Origin: the human T2T-CHM13v2.0 reference genome, Homo sapiens | DNA length: 64,000 nt | Assembly (NCBI RefSeq): GCF_009914755.1 | Contig: NC_060934.1 | Strand: one strand, 5' to 3' | Shown: positions 53,345 to 64,000 of the stretch, piece after piece | How positions within the stretch are numbered: the first letter of the stretch is position 1 | Layout: every line of letters starts with the position of its first letter | Made by a program: the position numbers and the translations under genes | Notes under the pieces: generated by a model | What the model saw: the letters and a program-made list of their open reading frames with translations, nothing else | Database searches by the model: none | What the model was told of the DNA's origin: nothing

Positions 53345-54634
53345 TGTATTGTTGTAAACAAAGATGAGCAAAAAAGAATCAAGTAAGATAATAGTGGCTT
53401 CTCAAATCAAACACTTCATTTAGTTTTTGTTTTTAAAAATCAAACAGACATCCTTGAACAGTGGACATTTTAAAACATTGTTCCTAAAAATTACTAAAAA
53501 GTTCCAACATTGTTTAAAAATACTAAATACGTGACAACAATTGAAAAGCACTTAGGGTGATCATTTGCATTTGTGCCATTAATTTAGACATCTTTTTGTA
53601 GGTATTACATTAATTATACTCAAAAAAAAAGTTTTTTTGTGTTGAAGATCTTCATTATTGCAATTGTGAAAGAATTGAGGATATTTTGACTTCTGTAATC
53701 CATATATTGTACTAATTTAAAACTCATTCTGCTTGGTGTAATCTTTGGTATATCTTATGACTTACATGAATTGGAATATGGCTCCTTTCCATTCATGAAA
53801 GGAAGGGGAAATCTGATTGAATTAGTGCATAAGAATGAGCATAAATATAAATAATAAATTTTTTATAAAAGTAAATATTTTAAAATAATAAAATTTAAAA
53901 CTTCCAGTAAAAATGATCCATTGTGTTCATTACTATTAGGTATGTTTTCTGTACAATTGCATTGTTTATTATTTTATCTGCTTAGAGGAATTAGTCTACC
54001 TTTTTCCCCGCGGTAGAAGTACTGCTTAAAAAATTGATGCATTTAGTCTTCTTATACCAGATTTTTCTAAGAAACTTGTAACTTCATCAAATTTATTCAC
54101 TTTTACAATAATTTTATAGTTGCCAAGTAGCAGTCACTTGCCCCCATTTCTTAAGTAAGAAAAATTTAAGAGATAGGGAAATGAGTAATTGCCATTTAGA
54201 AGTTGTTTTCTAATGCCCACATATCTGAAGGAAGCTCCATCTGGAATGCCTTAGCTTCTAGAAACAGATCTTTGCACTACATTTATTTTTTGTGTTGAAA
54301 TTTACCTCCATGACATCTATACCAACTCTGTGCAGTAAGAATTTGGTTTCAATAGTATAATAGGGCTAACGTTCACTGGCTTCCATTTTATGGCCAAATT
54401 AATTCTATTGGGTGATCATTTTAATGCCCCTCTAGGAGAGTTATATGTTTGTGTATTTCTTAATAACTTACTACTGGGAACATTTTATCTATGCATTACT
54501 ATTTTATTCATTCAATGGACGTATAGTGAGCACTATCATTTTCTAGCCACTGTGGTTGGTTGTTCATTAGAATTTTCAAAACAGTAGTCCTGATCGATTT
54601 CTCACATACCTGCCTTATAATAGGGTCCAGTATC

Positions 54635-54917
<283 letters not shown>

Positions 54918-54940
54918 GCCAGTATCATTTCTATGTGTTG

Positions 54941-55215
54941 TTTTTAATTGACACATAATAATTTTACATATTTATAAGGTACATAGTGATGTTTCAATAC
55001 ATAAAATATAGAAATGATCAGATTAGGGCGATAGCATATCCGTTTTCTTGAACACTAATTTCTTGAACAGAATATTCAATATCTCCTCTTCACAGCTATT
55101 TTAAAATGTATAACATATTATTACTAATTGTAACCATCCTGCAGTCTTCTGGAACACCAGAATGTATTCCTCTCATCTAGCTGTAATTTTGTGTCCTTTA
55201 ACAAATCTCTCCCTG
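54941..55215 (-). mobile_element. L1MA 3' end
   Basis: ACATATTTATAAGGTACATAGTGATGTTTCAATACAT..CTAGCTGTAATTTTGTGTCCTTTAACAAATCTCTCCC. Confidence 0.82.
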
Positions 55216-55809
55216 ACATTTTTAAAATGTCTTATACAATTTGAGAGCCAAATGCTACAGAACAGGTGGAATTTCAGTGATCCCTGTTCTCTACCTTCTC
55301 ATCTGCTTTAATTCTCATAATTTCTTCAACAAGTGACAAAATCTTTCATTATGTAGCCAGGAAGAAAATGAGTAAGATTCTAATTTTTATGAAAGTGCCC
55401 TTTCACCAACATTTTACCAGCTCTGTGTTAATAGACAGTTCCCTATTTTGGTGGTAGTTTGATTAGAGAGGGAAGAGTACATGCTTTGGACCCTTAAAAT
55501 GGAATTGACTTTCTCTGGTGAAGGAAGTCAGTGAAAAAGTTGGCTGACAACACACAAAAAGAGGTGAATTTGGAAGCCATCACAGTATTGCTGGAGATAA
55601 CCCTATTGACTTTCCCTTGGGTGGTGTCAAGCAGAACTGTGAAGGTTATCTTATGTGATTTGGATGATGAGGATCCTCGGTTACACAGATCGAATTTCTA
55701 GTTTCTTCTCTGGCTATGATTGAGTACATATACTGATCTTCTCTGGGCCTTGGTTTCTCTAACTCTCAAATGAGCCACCATATATTATAGGGACCAAACC
55801 ATGGGATTT

Positions 55810-56010
55810 TGGGGTCAAAAATATCCTCGGTGTAAGTATCAGCTCATCTGTTTACTTCAAGTTTTTTTTTAACTCCTTTAAAAACTTCACATTCTCATCT
55901 GTAAAGCAAGGATAATAATACACAATCTATAAGGGCTTAAGCAAATTAGAGATGATATAGTTTAAGGATTTAGTATAGTTCCTGGAACAGAGTAATTTCT
56001 CAGTCATTGG
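55810..56010 (+). mobile_element. MIR
   Basis: TTCTCATCTGTAAAGCAAGGATAATAATA..GTTCCTGGAACAGAGTAA. Confidence 0.65.
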
Positions 56011-58024
56011 CCGCCCAATGGCATGAATTGAAAAGGTTGAGCCAGTGTCTATAGTTCCAGAACCATTCTCAGGTTCTATTTTGGAATGTTTATCTCTTCT
56101 GTGTTGTGGCTGTGGAGTAAGATCCATCTGGAATGTAGTAACGTCAAGAAATAGCAAGTTCTTTGCCTTTCTGTCTTTGTTTCAGGAAGCACATACTTTG
56201 TAATCTGTGACATTTTTATGCTGAAATTCCCTTTCTTGACATACAGACTGACACTGTATAATTCAGTCAGTTTCCTATTATCTCTGTTGTTAAGCAAGAC
56301 TGGATTTTCATCACTGGGAAAGCTGTTAACAGAGTCCCCATTAAGCGAGCCATCACTGAACATTTTCCTTGATTGATGCTTTAAGATTCTGTCACTCACT
56401 CTTTGAAAATATCAGACTACAGGGTCTGAAGCAGGTTTCTGCAATATTCTGCAGTACCTCATGGGTACAAAAGAGACACAGGAATATGCCACAGCATCTA
56501 GATCCAATTCTTAGTGAAAATTTTGTTCTTTCATCTGTATTCTGGTCAGCCAGCTTGAAGTAGACACAGGCAGATGCTTGGAGAGTCGAAATTATAGCCG
56601 AATGATATCACAGAGTAGTTAAATACCAGCCAAGCTGTGGTTGCAGCATGGCAACTTTACAAGCCGGGCAGGTTAGCATGGATGCTGTGAAAAGTGACCC
56701 CTCTATCTGAAAAAGGGTTTTGTACCTTGGCTGGCATTAGTCACTTTTCCTTGTTTGATATTTACAGCTTTCTCTTGTCCTTTGTATCCTTTGGGTAACA
56801 CACCGTGAGTGAGAGCAGAAAAGCTTTCCTTATAAAGGTAGCAATTTTATTCAAGATTAAAATGCTCTATTTTTCCACATTACATCAATGAGTACCTTCA
56901 AAAAAAGATGACTTAATGAGGGGGAAACATGAATAAATAAACACCCACACGTACATACATATGTATGTGTGTATATACATAGAGAAACATAACGGGGCGA
57001 GTGATCGTTGATTATTTTAGCGGAGGCTGTAGAGGGAACAACACAATTACATATATGGTAATGAAGAATGAACAAGTAATTGTGTTGTAATTTCCCTCTG
57101 CTTTTTGCTAGTGGTGACTGTTATGAAAAGCAGGTTGTTGGAATAAAAAAAAAGATACTAAATAAAGAACCGTAGTTCTTATAATAGCATTTTATAGTCT
57201 GTCTTTTGAAATATACTAAAATTTTTCACAATCCATGTTTCTCTGCTTTTGCCAATTGTGTTTGTGATTGTTCATTTGTGCATAGAAGTTTCAGTAGGAA
57301 AATACAGTCGTTTTTGTAAAGGTTGGATTTATAAGCTTCAATAAAAACAGGCTCATTCAAACAAAAAAGCAATCAGATTGCAAAATGGCAAATAAAAGAG
57401 GAAGCTTATCCTTATAGGAGAAAAAACGTTTAATTTTAACATTATGTTTAAATAGACAAAGAGACCTACTGCAGACTTTTAAAGTGTTCATTTTGCTTCC
57501 GTTGCTGCAGTTCAGCTTACAGATGGTCCCTACGATAGTTGCTATAGAAACCAAACCTTTTTCATCAATCTCTCCCTGTTGCTATGGTGTGTTTGCAGCC
57601 ACTGCATGTAAACTTTTGTATAAAGTGTCATTTATGCTTTTCATGACTGACCTTATAATGAAACATATTGATTATACATTAACCAACAAAGTCTAGCATG
57701 AAATGACACATCACCACTAAACACCCGTTACTAAGTAGAATAGGTGGACCTAACATTATTTGTAGATGTGAATTGTGCCTTTGTTAACCAGGCTATTTGA
57801 AATATCAGTGGGATAAGGAAATCTTGCTCTAATTGACAAAAGCAGAATCTTTTATTTTCTTTCTTGAAAGTGATAGTTTTTCTTTTAAAATTTAGTTTCT
57901 TCAAAGTTAAACCTGTCATAGGATTCAAATTTCCTGCTTTGTAATTTTTGCTCTGACATTTTATGTGTGGCCTTAGGCCACAAAATCATTTAACCTCTGG
58001 ATTTAGTGAGATAACAAAACTATG

Positions 58025-58170
58025 GCATGATAGATTTGGATGTGTTAAGCTCTGCGAGGGCAAGTACACTACCTGTTTTGTTTACCGTTATACATTCAGA
58101 ACTTGGTGATATCCAGACAAACAGCCTAGAATACAGTAAACATTCAAAAGTACTTGTTGAGTAAATGAAT
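58025..58170 (+). mobile_element. L2 3' end
   Basis: TAAGCTCTGCGAGGGCAAG..TACTTGTTGAGTAAATGAAT. Confidence 0.65.
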
Positions 58171-58535
58171 ATACATGTTATTGCTTCTGATCACATATGC
58201 ATTCCATACTGTACTTTCTGTATAGAGTCAATTTCAAGAGTAGGCTTCATTTCATTTTAATGCCACAAATATTTAATGAGTTCCTACTAGTGGTAAAATG
58301 CTTCACTTCTTGCTGGATTCCTTAAACTTTACCAGAAAAAAAAAAAAAAAAAGGTCTGGCTTTCATGCCCAAGACTCTATATTCCAAACTCTCTAATGTT
58401 TATACATTTGTAGATGTCAAGTGTTTTTTGTTTTTGAGGGTTTTTAAAAAAAAATTCTTAAGATCTGTATCATTGAATAGAAATTTCCTGGACTTTCCTT
58501 TCAACATATGTTATTAACATGACAGTTATCTGTCC

Positions 58536-58762
58536 AGTGGTTAGAAGCATGGTCCTTTGAATCAGAAAGACTTGAGCATTAACTTACTACCTCTGCACTA
58601 TTGGGAAGGTTACATCCCTTTGCTAGCCTCAGTTTTCTCATCCGTATAATGGGGACACTAATACCTAACTCATATAGTTATTGTGAGAATTGAATGGGAT
58701 TTATAAAGTACTAAGCGCAGCAATTAGCCCAGCGAGCACTCGTAAATGGTAGCTGTTATTGT
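58536..58762 (+). mobile_element. MIR
   Basis: GCCTCAGTTTTCTCATCCGTATAATGGGGA..GTTATTGTGAGAATTGAATG. Confidence 0.8.
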
Positions 58763-59341
58763 TGTCTATATATGCATAGAGGATGCGCATGACTAGTTTG
58801 TTGAACAGTCAAAAATCTGTGAATTTTACTATTTTTATTTCCATTCAATGCCTCTAACTGTGTGCCATGACAGCTCTTTCTTTTCCACTGGGTGAGCACA
58901 TTTTCTTAATATTTGGTGTATTGTTTAATGTACCAGTCATTTTGGATTTAAACAACAAAATTCTATGCAGCTTAAAATTCCATTCACAAATATGAATGAA
59001 ATCTGATCTCCATGACCTCCAAACCACACTTCTGAGTCTTAGAATTGGATGGGGTCCTTGGCCTGATCTTCAATTCTTTCTTCTATTCCAGCTTACTGGA
59101 GTGGAGAGAAGAGGGTAGTGTTTCAATGTTCCCTGCTCCTCATCAAAACCTAACTCCTCCAGTGATTTAGATCAGAAGTCAAGGAGGCAAAGAGTTTCTA
59201 CAACCCATCAGAGACAGGAAGGCATCTTTGTTCTTGCTCCAATTTGCAAGGGTTCCATCTGTTGATGCTTACCTCTGTGGGGTGGGTCCAGGGAGAGAGA
59301 ATCTACGGTTTTCAGTCTCCCCAGGCCCTCTCCATCTATGA

Positions 59342-59651
<310 letters not shown>

Positions 59652-60233
59652 ATCATCCATGAGGATTCTTAGAGACACATAGCTGTATCTCCTTTGTCTC
59701 CTGAAGGCAGTCCTCTTCCCTGACTTCCTCTCTCCAGATGGGGCATCCACTGCTCGGGCTATTGCCTGGGCATCCCTACTATGTCCACCTCATCCTCCCA
59801 CCTGTGTATTGTGTCACATGGAGCCACAGAAACAGCAGCATTGTGCAGTCACTTCTTTCTCTCCCATTCCCCTCATGCTGTGCATGTTCCTTCTTTTCCC
59901 CGATGGGACCAACTGCTCCAGCCAGCCACTCTCTGGCTTTCAGACATGTCTAAGGAAATGTAGGAGCAAGACGCAGGCTGCGTCCATGTACTTCCCTCAA
60001 ATTCCAGAAAGGGGCACATGCAGATTCTCACATGAACGTCCCAGTGTGCTCCAGTCCTCTCCAAAAAGCATGCTGGGGGGCGCAGTAGTGGTGCCTTCTG
60101 CACTGCAGCTTAGCAAGCAAAGTGGGGAGGGTAATGCCGGGCTCCATTTTTCGCTGGAAGGTGAAGTAAGACATGCCAGTGTAAGCATTAAGCCAACCAA
60201 AGTTTTAAGTCCACTGTTGGGGAGGGATTGGTG

Positions 60234-60886
<653 letters not shown>

Positions 60887-61543
60887 TATCTTAGTTAATA
60901 AGCATTACTAGAATGTTACAAAATATATTGAAGTTTGTAACATATAGAAATCATGTGTCACTTAAATCTGTAATGTAAACACCTGCAGTACTGCAAAGCT
61001 TAGAAAATTGCACACATTCATTTACCTTTTGACTAATTTTTGTTCTTTCTTTTCAAATATATTTAACATGTACATGGGCATGATGTATTATGTTGCATGT
61101 TGCATATCACATAGCAAAACTTTAGCTTCATTTGTTACTTAAGAACCATTATTATTAAAAGCATCATATTGTATACTATATATATAGTTTCTATTTGTCA
61201 ATTTAAAAAATAGTTTACAAATAAGTAAAAAGAATCATCGTTATGAAAAAGGAGTTATCATTGTACCAGCAAAAAGGAGAGTGAATTAACAGTTTTGATG
61301 TAGAATTCTGCATAGTAGAAGTTGACATATGTATGCTTTGTATGTGCTGCTTTTAAAAAATCTCAAGTTTCTATTTAAACCCTGAATTTTAGAAACCTAC
61401 GAATATTAGTTGCATCTTTCTTGTCAGAGGAACTATAAAAACACTTTAACACAAATGCTAAACCCTAAAACCCAAACAGGTAAATGAGCCCATGGACTGA
61501 TAAGCCTTTAGCCATTTAGAAGGAGCTTCAAAAAGGCTGTTTT

Positions 61544-62017
<474 letters not shown>

Positions 62018-63861
62018 TTATTCCTCATTCCTTATTGCTTGTTCACCTTATTTGTTAAATTTTCAGACTGGAGCCCAGCCTGAAAAAGGACTGAAGTCCT
62101 TTTCTGTAGTCATCTCAGCTACTGGAAAGGCAACTCTTAAGCACACTGTTTTAGAGAAGGGCTGAGCGGTAGAAGATACGACGTTTAGAGAGAGAAAGCC
62201 CCTGAACACGTATTAATTCTAAAGAATTCTAAGGAACTGATGCGTATACATCCACATATGAACCCAGGGCGATGTTGAGTTCTTCTGGTGGGATTCTCTG
62301 GAGCACATCATCGTTGGCATTTGATGACTGTAAAATCGCTGGAAGTTGAATGTGCACATTTAAATAGAAACTAAATGATGCAATGCAAAACTAATATAAT
62401 CTTTTCCAGATTAGCTGCCATTCCACATTACCTGCAGAACTGCTTCCTTCCTCTTTTGTAGGTAATGGGCTTGACTGCATGTGAAACATAATGTAAATGT
62501 TATGTCTTATTAATGCATCCAGGAAATCTGCCTTAAAAATTACTTTTTATCACAGAAAAATGTGGCTTAATTTTTTTTAATCATATGCCTTAGGCAAACA
62601 ATGGTTTGACGGCAACATCACCTGCATGGAGCACTGAGTTTATTATTTTTATTTTTTTGATAGATGGATATGTTTCTCCAGGGGCTTTCTGCTTTAAGTT
62701 ACAAATGGTTATTAAATTTTCAAGAAAGGTATTCTCTTAACTCTCAAAGTCTGTCTATTTTTAGACTTTTGCAGCAGGAAATAGAAGTAAGGATGTGCTT
62801 TTCCAGATGTTTCCAGCTTGCTTTTTCGTCAGCTGTGTGGTTCTACAACTTGATACTTATATTTGGAATAATTCTGAGCTGTATTACACAGGCAATGAAG
62901 GGGTCTGTTTGAAAATTTGTAAACAGGTTATTTTTTCACTTATAATTAAATATGTGTTGCTGGTTTGGGAAGAATTGACTATATTAGCTATTGATTTTTT
63001 TTTATATGTAGCATACCCAAACTTGATGTTTTGAACATTTTCATGTTTTAAGTAGTGCCGACAAATTTGCTTTTAGGGCACCATAATATGGTCTTTTTTG
63101 ACTTTAGAAATTAGTATTTCTAAAATTATTGATTGTCTTGAGTCATTTACATGTTGAATATTTCTCTGGACAGGTTTAATAGGACAAACCAAACGTAGTC
63201 CAAAAAATAAAATTCTTTCAAGACCTATATATTTTCGTAAAGATAAAATACTAGTTCAGATAGTTTGTCATTGACAAACTACCAAAAGCTCCTTGGTGGA
63301 TGTCTAGATTTTGAAATGGATAGGAGAAAGAAAAGGATGTATTTCTGAATACTACTGGGCCCTTAAGACTAATTTTTCAGAGAATCTTTGCTAAGGTTGA
63401 GAAGAGGTCTCCTTTTGAGTTACAGGAGGAGGGAATGTCATATCCCCGTTTGAAAGTGAACAGCTCTTCCTAGCCATGCCACATTTCCAGTGGTTCCACT
63501 TGGGAGCGTGGCAGGACAGAGTTGATACCTGCCAGGTGAGTAATGAGGCTTTTAGATTGCATGAAAATACATTCGTGGTGGTGGCTATAGTCAATCTTAA
63601 GCCAATCTAAGTGTGTGGAAGAGAAAACGCAGCTCCAGAATGGAGAGAAATGTATATACATGCAGGTACACGTGTGTGTAGGTATACATATAACAATTTT
63701 AGAGTAGTTATAAATGGTATGATAATTCATTGAGATTAGAAACTGCATACCACTCTTTATATAACTGTCTTTGAACAAAGGTGAAGAATGGTTTTTTTTC
63801 CCATAGGCCTTAGAAGCTGGTGGGGGTTGGGGTGTGGTATGAATCTGTAGAGGCGATAAAT

Positions 63862-64000
63862 AGAATGTCGTAGTTAAGAACCCAGGGATTAGGGAGAAGA
63901 CCTGGTTGGATTGCTGGTTCTGCCACTCTCCACCTGTATAACGCTGAGTTATATTTATTTGTCTTTCTAAGTCTCAGTTTCCTTATCTGAAAATTGGTTA
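63862..64000 (+). mobile_element. MIR
   Basis: GTAGTTAAGAAC..TCTGCCACT..TCTCAGTTTCCTTATCTGAAAA. Confidence 0.75.

Overview
This is primate (most likely human) genomic DNA, AT-rich and dense in Alu, L1, L2, MIR and LTR elements. The only protein-coding sequence I can support is a 93-nt exon at 4220-4312 (+), missed by the ORF track, which encodes [32 protein letters not shown] recognise this as the N-terminal variable exon (exon 2/2A, beta2c/beta2d-type isoforms) of CACNB2, the voltage-gated Ca2+ channel beta-2 subunit. The remainder is the end of the upstream intron and about 60 kb of the downstream intron. The listed ORFs are Alu-, L1- or low-complexity-derived, or chance ORFs. I found no evidence for a new gene or a new biological system. 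The most notable items are DNA-rearrangement and retrotransposition scars: (1) an AT-rich fold-back insertion with inverted arms (51.2-51.7 kb); (2) an Alu-L1 composite inside one target-site duplication (TSD) (38.0-38.5 kb); (3) a locally copied Alu fragment (18.8 kb); (4) a ~183-bp dispersed duplication (42.6/43.8 kb); (5) a solo poly(A) insertion at a TT/AAAA site (33.8 kb); (6) a trimeric Alu (61.5 kb); (7) inverted Alus bracketing the exon. Repeat subfamily calls and many boundaries were made by eye from remembered consensus sequences and are approximate.
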